The notes below the pieces were generated by a model, which saw only the letters and a list, made by a program, of their open reading frames with translations, was not told the DNA's origin and did no database searches. From NCBI GenBank assembly GCA_019828565.1, contig JAHDYR010000007.1, positions 853,333-917,332 on the forward strand: 64,000 bases of DNA. The letters are read 5' to 3'. Source of the DNA: Carpediemonas membranifera BICM. Lineage: Eukaryota > Protista > Fornicata. The translations under genes were made by a program, and so were the position numbers. Below, piece after piece: positions 39,509 to 48,336 of the stretch (positions within the stretch are counted from its first letter, which is position 1; every line of letters begins with the position of its first letter).

Positions 39509-42145
39509 ATGTCCCTTGAAATCTCTCCAAACCTTTACTACGTTGGCGCATATGACGCTGACCTTCGTATTTTCGACATCATCATGGAGACTGGCTACGG
39601 CACGTCTTACAACTCTTACATCCTCAAGACTAGCGAAGGAAACGTGCTTTTCGAGACCGCCAAGGAGCGCTGCTATGACGAATTCATGGGAAAGATCAAG
39701 TCCGTGATTGGCGACGAGAAGTTCGCCTTCATCGTCTGCAATCACACCGAGCCTGATCACAGCGGCTCCCTCGCCAGGATCCTCGAGGAGCACTCGCCCG
39801 ACGCCACTGTGATCGGAACCACCCACGCCATCGACTATCTAGAGCAGATCACGAACCGTTCTGATTTTAAGCGCCGTCCTGTAGAGGTTGACAACAAGGA
39901 ATCGCACCACATCAAGGTGGGCGAGTTCGACCTTCAGTTCCACATCGCGCCCTTCCTCCACTGGCCGGACAGCATGTTCACCTACATCCCCCAGCTGAAG
40001 ACGGTGTTTACCTGTGATTTCCTCGGAGCCCACTTCTGCCCGAACCCAGAGACGACTCTCGTCAACCAGGACGGCGAGGACTACTGGGACGCATTCAAGT
40101 ACTATTACGACTGCATCTTCGGCCCCTTCCCCAAGTACGTCGCTCAGGGCGTCGCCATCCTCAAGACCATGGACCTCGAGACTGTCGGCACGTCTCACGG
40201 CCCCGTGCTCGTCGGCAAGGAAAACATCGCCAAGCGTATCGAGAAGTACGCGGCCTGGGGCGTCGTACCCGAGCGCGAGCACCGCGTTGTCGTCGGCTAC
40301 ACCTCCGCTTACGGCTACACTGGCGAGATGGCTGCCGCTATCGTTGAAGGCCTCAAGGCCGCCGACCCAACTCTCAAGGTCGAGTCCTACGATCTGGGCA
40401 ATCGCACCATGACCGTGGATGCCTTCATCGGTTTCATGAACGCCTCTGAGGGTGTCATTATCGGCTCGCCCACCATTAACGGTGAAGCCCTGCCCCACGC
40501 TTGGCAGATCGTTACTGCGCTCAACACCATCGCCCACAAGGGCATGGTTGCCGCTGTATTCGGCTCTTACGGCTGGTCTGGCCAGGCGACGAAGAACCTG
40601 CACGAGCGCCTGACCCAGCTGACGTCGATGAAGAAGCCACTCTCTCCCCTCGCCATCCGGTTCAGGGCCAGCGAGGACGACATCGCCAAGTGTCGCGAGT
40701 ATGGTTCGCTTTTCGCCAAGTCCGTCCTTGGCGAGCGTGTGACCGATATCTGCGCCACCGAAGACGCTGACGACGAGGCCGACAAGTTCACCTTCATCCC
40801 CGACGGCAAGCTCCACCGCTGGAAATGCGTCGTGTGCGGCGAGATCGTCATCAGCGACATTCCCCCCGAGATGTGCGAGGCGTGCGGCGCAGGTGCCGAC
40901 GCCTTCGTTCTCCTCCCCGATGAGGATGACGAGACGACCGAATACGCCGGCCACGTCGTTGTCATCGGTGGTGGCCCCGCCGCCTTCAACGCCGCCCGCA
41001 CCGCCCGCGACCGTGCCCCTGGAGCTTCTGTCACACTCATTTCCGCAGAAAAGCACCTGCCTTATTACCGGATGAACATCTCCCATGGTATCAACAACGT
41101 TTGCATGCTCAAGCCAGACGCAATCCTCCTCAAGCCCGCCGAATGGTACTACGACAACAACATTACCGTTCGTCTCGGCGAAGAGGTGACCAAGATTGAT
41201 CGCGAGCAGCATACGATCGAGACCGCCGAGGATGTCATCCCGTACGATAAGCTTGTCATCGCCACTGGTGGCTCGCCTTTCATTCCTTACAAGACGGTCC
41301 ACCCGTGTGGTAACTCCATATCTATTAGAACGATCGAGGATATCGAGAAGATCTCGAACCGAATCTGTCACGAGAACGAGGTCCGTGTGGTTGTCATCGG
41401 CGGTGGAGTCCTAGGCCTCGAATGCCTTCCCTTCCTTCTCACACGTGATAACGTCTCCATCACTGTGGTCGAGCGGTCGCCTCATATCATGTCCGTCCAG
41501 GTCGACTCCTGCATGGCGTGTCGCGTGGAGAAGTATCTGATGGAGCAGTCGAAGGGCCGTCTCTCGTTCAAGACCAACGCTGTCGTGACAGATTTCACGA
41601 TCACTGACAACCAGATCCAGGCCCTCACGTTCGAGGACGGTTCGATCTTGGATGCGGATCTTGTGATCTGGGCCATTGGCGTTCGTTCCAACGTCAGCCT
41701 TGCTTCCGACGCCGGCATCAAGACCGGCCGCGGTGTTCTCGTCAACGACCGCATGGTTTCCTCCGACCCCAACGTTCTTGCCTGTGGCGACTGTTCCGAG
41801 CAGATGGGTGGTATTTTCGCCCCCAACTGGGCCAGCGCCGTTGAAGGCGGTAACATTGCCGGTGCCGTTGCTGTGGGCCTCGACAAGGAGTACCCCAAGC
41901 AGCCGTTCCCCTTCATGCTGAACATTTATGAGCGGACAGTAATGGCCCTCGGCAGGTCTTCCGGACGCGGCGCTGAGCCGTACTACCTCAACCAGGGCGA
42001 TGATGTCACGACCAAGATCTTCCACGAGAACGGTGCTGTTGTCGGCGCGTCTAAGCTGGGCGGCGAGTTGCAGTGCGTGGAGCTTGCCAGCGCTATTGGC
42101 GAGGGTATGTCCTCTAAGGCGGCCCAGAAGTGGTTGTTCAAGTAA
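39509..42145 (+). CDS. Class F flavodiiron protein (metallo-beta-lactamase + flavodoxin + rubredoxin + NADH:rubredoxin oxidoreductase)
   Basis: Di-iron ligands in GTSYNSY, NHTEPDHSGS, LHWPDSM, TCDFLGAH and SHGP. Flavodoxin motifs YTSAYGYT, GSPT and FGSYGWSG. Rubredoxin CVVC...CEAC. FAD/NADH motifs IGGGPAA, ATGG and IGGGVLGLE. Confidence 0.93.
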   Translation: MSLEISPNLYYVGAYDADLRIFDIIMETGYGTSYNSYILKTSEGNVLFETAKERCYDEFMGKIKSVIGDEKFAFIVCNHTEPDHSGSLARILEEHSPDATVIGTTHAIDYLEQITNRSDFKRRPVEVDNKESHHIKVGEFDLQFHIAPFLHWPDSMFTYIPQLKTVFTCDFLGAHFCPNPETTLVNQDGEDYWDAFKYYYDCIFGPFPKYVAQGVAILKTMDLETVGTSHGPVLVGKENIAKRIEKYAAWGVVPEREHRVVVGYTSAYGYTGEMAAAIVEGLKAADPTLKVESYDLGNRTMTVDAFIGFMNASEGVIIGSPTINGEALPHAWQIVTALNTIAHKGMVAAVFGSYGWSGQATKNLHERLTQLTSMKKPLSPLAIRFRASEDDIAKCREYGSLFAKSVLGERVTDICATEDADDEADKFTFIPDGKLHRWKCVVCGEIVISDIPPEMCEACGAGADAFVLLPDEDDETTEYAGHVVVIGGGPAAFNAARTARDRAPGASVTLISAEKHLPYYRMNISHGINNVCMLKPDAILLKPAEWYYDNNITVRLGEEVTKIDREQHTIETAEDVIPYDKLVIATGGSPFIPYKTVHPCGNSISIRTIEDIEKISNRICHENEVRVVVIGGGVLGLECLPFLLTRDNVSITVVERSPHIMSVQVDSCMACRVEKYLMEQSKGRLSFKTNAVVTDFTITDNQIQALTFEDGSILDADLVIWAIGVRSNVSLASDAGIKTGRGVLVNDRMVSSDPNVLACGDCSEQMGGIFAPNWASAVEGGNIAGAVAVGLDKEYPKQPFPFMLNIYERTVMALGRSSGRGAEPYYLNQGDDVTTKIFHENGAVVGASKLGGELQCVELASAIGEGMSSKAAQKWLFK

Positions 42146-42291
42146 GCAGGGTCAAATAAATGTGTAGAATGAATAGTTGTACTCAACTTGCCTTAGTTCC
42201 CGGTGGGGTGTGGAGAAGGTCGTGTATGCCGGTGGGTTGGGGAAAAAACTTTGCATGAAAAAAAACAGCTAGCAGCGATACGGACATAGCA

Positions 42292-43050
42292 ATGCAGTCT
42301 GGTGCTCCCGCTTCCAACGAACGCCGTCCCCGTACTGGTTTCGGTGGCCGCCGCCCCCAGCGTGGTGGTCCCCGCAAGGAGGAGTGGATTCCCGCCACTA
42401 AGCTTGGCCGCCTCGTGAAGGAGGGCAAGATCAAGAGCCTGGAGGAGATCTTCCTTCACTCCATGCCTATCAAGGAGTACCAGATCGTCGATCACTTCTT
42501 CAAGGACGAGCCCCTCTCCGAGGAGGTCCTCAAGGTCATGTCTGTCCAGAAGCAGACCACTGCCGGCCAGCGCACTCGCTTCAAGGCCTTCGTCGTCGTC
42601 GGTGACCACAACCGTCACATGGGCCTCGGCATCAAGGTCGCTAAGGAGGTTGCCCTCGCTATCCGTGGCGCTATCCTCGTTGGCAAGATCAACATGGTTC
42701 CCATCCGTCTCGGTTACTCTTTCGGTAACATCGGTGGCCCTCACACTGTCCCCATGAAGGTCACTGGCAAGGCCGGCTCCGTCCGCGTCCGTCTCTGCCC
42801 CGCTCCCCGCGGTTCCGGCATCGTTGCCGCCCCCGCCGCCAAGAAGGTTCTCGCCTTTGCCGGTGTCCAGGATGTCTTCGTCCAGTCTTCTGGTTCCACC
42901 AGAACTCTCGGCAACTTCGTCTCGGCTACCTTCCAGGCCCTGTCCAAGACCTACTGCTACCTGACCCCCGACATGTGGGCCGCCACCAAGGCTGAGGTCG
43001 GTCTCCTCGAGAAGCACTCCGCCTTCCTCGCCAACTCTGGCAAGAAGTAA
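42292..43050 (+). CDS. RPS2: 40S ribosomal protein S2 (uS5)
   Basis: Motifs [29 protein letters not shown] and [10 protein letters not shown]. Confidence 0.98.
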   Translation: MQSGAPASNERRPRTGFGGRRPQRGGPRKEEWIPATKLGRLVKEGKIKSLEEIFLHSMPIKEYQIVDHFFKDEPLSEEVLKVMSVQKQTTAGQRTRFKAFVVVGDHNRHMGLGIKVAKEVALAIRGAILVGKINMVPIRLGYSFGNIGGPHTVPMKVTGKAGSVRVRLCPAPRGSGIVAAPAAKKVLAFAGVQDVFVQSSGSTRTLGNFVSATFQALSKTYCYLTPDMWAATKAEVGLLEKHSAFLANSGKK

Positions 43051-43168
43051 ACGGTCTTCCGCGCTCATGTTTCATGGCCATTTTGTCCTCTAATGCCGTC
43101 GGTAGCGCTCATACAGAGCTCTTTTATCACCTGCAGTTTAAGGTGTTGTATTCTGTGCTATTGAAGGG

Positions 43169-43196
43169 TCGAACAATGTGTTTATACTGCGCAACA
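43169..43196 (+). repeat. 28-bp direct repeat, left copy (TCGAACAATGTGTTTATACTGCGCAACA)
   Basis: Exact match to 44563-44590. Confidence 0.95.
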
Positions 43197-43236
43197 CTGC
43201 CCTGTCTCCCTCCTACTCACGTCTTAAGATTTAGAT

Positions 43237-43283
43237 GTTTACTGGGGGTTCATGTAAAGAAGGCTTAGGCTGTCAACCCCCCG
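43237..43283 (-). repeat. Dispersed ~50-bp hairpin repeat, copy A
   Basis: The reverse complement CGGGGGGTTGACAGCCTAAGCCTTCTTTACATGAACCCCCAGTAAAC aligns with 62370-62420. Confidence 0.85.
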
Positions 43284-43794
43284 TCACTGGGCGATGGCGT
43301 CCCTGAGTCTGCGCTCCCAGCCCGAATTATAAAACGCCAAGTCCTTTACTGCCACGGGTATAAACAGTACGCTGGCAATGATAATAACATAATAGCGTGC
43401 TAAAGTCATCAAATGATTACCCTAGATGAGGGACAAACATTGTCTCACCAACCTCTGCATCCGGGGGCGGGGTGGCTGGAGCCAGGGAGATGAGAGGCCC
43501 GAGGGGGCGAGGGTCGCCATGCTCAAAGTCACTAGAGTCACCGCCAGAGAGGGCACCCTGGGCGTAGAAGAGATTCTCTCCGTTCTCAATCTCCAGGAGG
43601 TCGACGCCCGACTCGTCCGAGTCGCTCGAGTCACTGACGGCTCGGCGTCGGACTGGCCGCCGTCCAAGAGTGAGACTAGTCCGGCAGCCTCGGATGACCT
43701 CGCCCTCTGGCTGACTGGGGCGAGGCGGCGGTAGGCCAGTCTTGCCTGGGAAGGGGAGGCCGGCGCTGGGGTAACCGCCGCCCTATGAGTTCGC

Positions 43795-44510
43795 ATGATT
43801 GGCGCCTTGGTCCCCACCGCGGCAGTCACTCCATTGGCGGCAAGACTAGTGAGTATCAACAACTCTATTAGGTTTGTGCTGGACAACGCGAACGACATTT
43901 TCGAGGCTGGAATGCGTAAGTCTTTCCGCCTAGTGCGCTTTGCGAACCACATCCTTCGCCAGAAGCACTTCGCCCGCTGCGGCCAACAGTTGGCTCGGGA
44001 GTTCGGTTGGCGTCGCCACCATCCCATCGCCACCCCCATTCGCCTGAAAGTCTTCTACGGGAGCTCGGGATTCACCACGCCTGCTGGTATGTTCATTCCT
44101 TGCGCGCCATATCGAAAGTTCGCGAGAGAGGTAGTACCCCTTCTCAAGGGGTATAACATTGTCGTCGATCTTAACATGGTTAACAAGGATCGCACCACCG
44201 TCGTCTGCCCTCACTGCCACGCCCCCTACAAGCGAGTTCGTCCGCGTGATGACCAGCACGTTCACCCACATCGTGTGATGCTCTGCGAAAATCTACAGTG
44301 CCGTGGTGCTTAGTGGCGCGCAACAGTTCCTGATGCTCTGAATGTTGATCATCGGGACAAGAGTGCTGCAGAGACATCCTGTGGCGTTCTCTTGCCACGG
44401 AAGATGAGCTCAGTGGCTCTCCGTTCAGTCGCACATTGATCCCACGTCTTCAAACTTCATTCCAGTATCATCAATTGGCTAACCGCCAACATTCGTCTAC
44501 GGACGGATGA
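43795..44510 (+). pseudogene. 5'-truncated, decayed Fanzor (Fanzor1-like TnpB homologue)
   Basis: Reads R..RF..H..RQK, VFYG..GF, P.AP..KF, VNKDRTT..CPHC, R...C..L.C, then an in-frame TAG (44311), then HRDKSAAE. After a 1-nt deletion near 44374 it continues (N)ILWR...PFSR. RuvC-I is absent. Confidence 0.75.
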
Positions 44511-44590
44511 TGTTGTGCAGTTTGGCACTTTGATCGTTCCTTTCAGGCCCTGTCTTGGAGGTTCGAACAATGTGTTTATACTGCGCAACA
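44440..44590 (+). ncRNA. Putative omegaRNA-like scaffold plus guide at the Fanzor 3' end
   Basis: An 8-bp hairpin CATTCGTC-TACG-GACGGATG (cUACGg tetraloop, 44490-44509) overlaps the ORF end. A second imperfect hairpin at ~44534-44566 ends at the element boundary. Boundaries are inferred. Confidence 0.45.
44563..44590 (+). repeat. 28-bp direct repeat, right copy
   Basis: Exact match to 43169-43196. Ends 26 bp before the BRF1 ATG. Confidence 0.95.
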
Positions 44591-44616
44591 TATTCGAGGC
44601 AGTTGCAAAGCAGGTT

Positions 44617-46075
44617 ATGCCGCCGTCCTCTGGCCAACGCCATACCCCCAAGGGTTCTAGTTGTCCAAGATGCGGTTCAGTTGGCACTCTTCAGGTGCAA
44701 GCAGCAGCTGGAAACATGTATTGCACTGTGTGCCACCATGTCCTCGAGGAGGATCGCATTGTGAACGAGGTTTCCTTTGCGGACAAAGGCAGTGGAGGAT
44801 CAGGTGTTGTTGGCAAGTTTATCCGCAGAGATATCGCCGCCGGTGGCTCTGAAATGACCGATGGCCGCGCCCAGACTCTAGCCAATTGTATGGCCCATTC
44901 CACGATCTTACACAGCCCGCCGACGCCTGGCTCAGATCGCAGACGGCCTCCGCATCTCCGAGAACTTCGTGGACGCAGCCCAGCGGCTCTACCTCATCGC
45001 ACTGAACGGCGGCTTCACCAGTGGCCACTCAAGCCAGGTAGTCAGCGCCGCCTGCCTCTATGTGGTCTGCCGCCGGTCCAAGACGGAGCACATGCTTATC
45101 GATTTCTCCAACGCCCTTCGAATGAACATGTTTGTCGTTGGCAACTGCTTTCTCAAACTCCGTCGCCGATTTAACCTTGACGTGCCAATCGTTGACCCGT
45201 CATTCTACATCAACCGGTTTGTCGGAGCCCTGCAGTTTGGCGAGATGAAAGGCCGCGTCACCGCCACCGCTCTCCAGCTAATCGCCAGCATGAAGCGCGA
45301 CTACATGCACATCGGCCGACGTCCCGCGGGCCTATGCGGCGCAGCTATATTCGTAGCAGCTCGTATGCATGGCTTCGAGCGTACCCAGGAGGAGATCATG
45401 CAAGTTGTCCATGTCCACTCGACGACGATCGATAAGAGGCTCCAGGAGTTCTCCCAGACGGCCACCGCGGGCCTCACCGTGCGTGAGTTCCAGGCTGGTA
45501 AGGCGGAAGAGCTCGAACACGCCGCAGCACCGGCCATGCGACGTCGTATGGCTCGAGACATGAGGGAAATGGCGGCCGTGCTCGCAGACCCCATGCTTGC
45601 CCGCTACCAGGCCGGGGAGAGCTTCCATGACACCGTGTGGGACGATGAGATCGCGGACGACGATCCATTGCTGCTGGATATGCGGGGGCAGCTCATTGAG
45701 AAGGACGAGAACCCGTCTTCGTTCTACAAGCGGCGGGAGACCACGTGGGTGGCTCATGAGCAGAAGGCGTACATCAGAAGACTCATGGCACCAACCAGAG
45801 CAAAGGGGACCTCAGGCCGGAGAGGCCGCCGCAGTCTGGCCGGCGGGTCAGCTGCAGAGAGTGCGGAAAACGTCCTCAGCGCCCGAGCCCGCTCGCTGAA
45901 CCGAGCAAGCTTCGTAGAGTACCTCCGCAAGGATGTATCAGCTTTTACTCACAACGGGTCGTCTGCGGCGTCGTCTCCCTTTGCCTTGAGTCAGTCGCTG
46001 GCTGCAACACAGGAGGAGCAGGAGCCAGAGCTAGAGATGGAGATGGAGGAGGAGGACGACTTTGTGATGTTCTGA
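44617..46075 (+). CDS. BRF1: TFIIIB subunit Brf1 (exons 44617-44887, 44916-46075)
   Basis: Zn ribbon CPRC...G..YCTVC..VLEE..IVNEVSF. Cyclin folds ACLYVVCR, MLIDFS, VDPSFYINRF, MKRD....GRRPAGLCGAA and RL.EF..T. Confidence 0.92.
44888..44915 (+). other. Spliceosomal intron (28 nt) in BRF1
   Basis: GTATGG...CTTACACAG. Removal joins TLAN to SRRRLAQIADGLRI. Confidence 0.9.
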
Positions 46076-46200
46076 GGTGTCGATCTTGATTGATGTGTTC
46101 AGGTGGAATCATGAGTTCAATGGAATAGCCGGACAACCTCGGCCTGAGGGAACGCCCAGGAGAGGTACTCTCGCTGGTACAGGTCCCAGTATGTAATGTC

Positions 46201-46479
46201 AGCTTGTTCTTGGTAAACAGTCCTTTATATTCATGGCTCTCCAGCCTGTATCGATTCCAAACGCGGTTTAGGTTCACGGGTTTTCGACTTGGCCACTAAT
46301 TCTCTTACCGCGTGCAAACATTGCTCCAAGATGAGCCCTTGTCGGTAAACTTGGTTTTGAGAGGAAGAACTGCGGCTTCCAGCTCACTACGTGTGACAAA
46401 ACGATTCTTGTCCATGGTGGTGATCAACAGAAGTGAAGCAGTTTAAGGTAAAACTGATCTGCTGAGCTTGTTCTTGGTA
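46201..46479 (+). repeat. 15-bp exact direct repeat pair AGCTTGTTCTTGGTA (46201-46215, 46465-46479)
   Basis: Directly visible in the BRF1-galactokinase intergenic region. Confidence 0.8.
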
Positions 46480-46557
46480 TAGCTTGTGTGATCAGTGAGG
46501 TGTTGCCGTGTTGAGGCAGCGAGGCAAGGGTCGTCGTTTCGCCGGATTTGACCACAG

Positions 46558-47955
46558 ATGCCCACGATTCCTTCCCGAGCTTTGAGCGAAATCTACACTG
46601 GCATAGATGCTCAGAAGGAGCGGTATAACCATCTTATCCTTCGCTTCCGTGACGAGTTTCCAAATCACGAGCCTAGTTTCTTCGTGCGAGCCCCAGGCCG
46701 AGTGAACGTCATTGGCGAGCATGTAGACTATTCAGGCTATTCAGTACTCCCCTTTGCGATCCCAAACGACTTCGTTTTCCTCGTAGAACCCACAGATGAC
46801 AGATCAGTGACGATCTCCCACGACGACCCCTCTCTCCCGACCTTCCACGGCCACCTGGACTCCATCACCATCCCCACCGAGCATAACTGGACCAAATACC
46901 TCGCAGCAGCTCTCAAGGGTATGCACACCATCTTCGGCGCCACCGTCGGTGTTCGCATGGTCGGGCACGGCACTGTCCCGATCGGGTCCGGCCTCTCCTC
47001 TTCATCCGCTCTCGTGTGCGCCACAGCTGCTGCAATAGCTGCGGCGGGCAGACTAGAAATCACTCTACCCAACCTCGCTGCGGCTTGTATTGACTCGGAG
47101 CGACTCATCGGCCTTGCTTCAGGAGGGATGGACCAGTCGGCCTCTTTGCTCAGCCAGCCCCACGCCCTGCTACATGTGGAGTTCAGACCAAATCTCAAAG
47201 CTACTCCATTCATGCTCAACAATGTGCAGTTTATGGTTCTTGACTCCGGAGTGGTCAGTGAGAAAGCAGTGCCCTCGGATGACGGATACAACAAGCGTGT
47301 AGCAGAGTGCAGGGCTGCGGCTGCCCTACTACTGGCAACATCCGGTCATGCGCCGACCAGGGTGTCGACTCCTTTCATCCTCAGCGAGGTGCAGGAGGTC
47401 CTCGGGCTCGGGTTCAACGGACTGGTGAAGGCGGTGGAGAAGTTACCGGAAAGTGTAACTATTGCTCAATTTGCCGGAATCTTGAAAATTTCAGAGTCGG
47501 ACGCGACTCGGTTGATTCTTTCAAATTCTCGTGGGGAGCCTCTACTTGTCCCTAACGTGCCCATGTTCGTTCGCAAGAGAGCCCGCCACGTTGCCACAGA
47601 AGCCCAAAGAACTCACGACTTCATTACTGAAATGACTCGACCCACCCCCGACCTGGGCCATCTCGGCCGACTCATGACTGAGTCACACGAGTCATGCCGC
47701 ACTGACTATGAGTGTTCATGTCCGGAACTTGACTCTCTCGTTACCCTTTGTCTGGCCAGCGGGGCCTTTGGGGCGAGGTTGACTGGGGCGGGGTGGGGTG
47801 GTCATGCGATTGCAATGTTTCCGGCAGATGTTGATATGAAGGATGTGGCGGAGAGTGCGGCGGGTTGGAGCTCTGGGCATTCGCCGTTGGTCGTGGAGGC
47901 ACCTTCTGGAGGGGCTGCGATTGTTCAAATGGCAGATATCTGTAAAATGACATGA
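46558..47955 (+). CDS. GALK: Galactokinase / N-acetylgalactosamine kinase (GHMP family)
   Basis: Motifs RAPGRVNVIGEHVDY, PIGSGLSSSSA, GGMDQ, YNKRVAEC, YECSCPELD and GARLTGAGWGG. Confidence 0.93.
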   Translation: MPTIPSRALSEIYTGIDAQKERYNHLILRFRDEFPNHEPSFFVRAPGRVNVIGEHVDYSGYSVLPFAIPNDFVFLVEPTDDRSVTISHDDPSLPTFHGHLDSITIPTEHNWTKYLAAALKGMHTIFGATVGVRMVGHGTVPIGSGLSSSSALVCATAAAIAAAGRLEITLPNLAAACIDSERLIGLASGGMDQSASLLSQPHALLHVEFRPNLKATPFMLNNVQFMVLDSGVVSEKAVPSDDGYNKRVAECRAAAALLLATSGHAPTRVSTPFILSEVQEVLGLGFNGLVKAVEKLPESVTIAQFAGILKISESDATRLILSNSRGEPLLVPNVPMFVRKRARHVATEAQRTHDFITEMTRPTPDLGHLGRLMTESHESCRTDYECSCPELDSLVTLCLASGAFGARLTGAGWGGHAIAMFPADVDMKDVAESAAGWSSGHSPLVVEAPSGGAAIVQMADICKMT

Positions 47956-48336
47956 GGGTGAGTTTAGAGCACAGCTGCTGAGGAGGGCATTGCCTCCCTC
48001 GAACCTCTGTTGGGTCTACTCTCCGTCGTGAGGGGCAGCGCGTTGGGCCACAGAGTGGGACACACAGTGAGCTTCGCCTCGGAGTGACTGCTTTGACGGG
48101 CCTGCGCCCTTCCCTCGAGTGTTATCGAGGGACGGCGGGGGTGAGTCTGACTAATGTCAGGTGAGATCTGCTGCTGTTGTGACCGACTCGGCTCAGAGTG
48201 TCACCATGCGCTTGTTGGTGAATCTCTGCGCTTTCAGTGGGGAGCGAGTGGCTGTGGAACGGAATGGGTGGTCCTGCATCGCAATGGTCCAAGTCAGTCT
48301 CGGGCGACCGACTGTCACGAGTCATTCTCGAAGACG

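Larger units (their letters stand above)
43197..44562 (+). mobile_element. Fanzor/TnpB-bearing insertion bounded by a 28-bp duplication
   Basis: Flanked by an exact direct repeat. Contains a Fanzor-like RuvC/Zn-finger remnant and terminal hairpins. Removing it leaves a ~170-bp RPS2-BRF1 intergenic region, typical for this window. Confidence 0.7.

Noticed and set aside
34515-43068. Long antisense or alternate-frame ORFs over RPLP0, the flavodiiron gene and RPS2 (e.g. 34515-35360, 34609-35607, 39839-41371, 42193-43068)
   Set aside because: Shadow ORFs caused by strong C-ending codon bias in highly expressed genes. They have no recognisable motifs.
44555-44575. tRNA or Pol III B-box at GGTTCGAAC
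   Set aside because: Does not complete the GTTCRANNC consensus. No A-box at a suitable spacing and no cloverleaf. No tRNA or rRNA genes were recognised in the window.
43169-44590. CRISPR array interpretation of the 28-bp repeats
   Set aside because: Only two copies 1.4 kb apart, no spacer periodicity, eukaryotic context and no cas genes.
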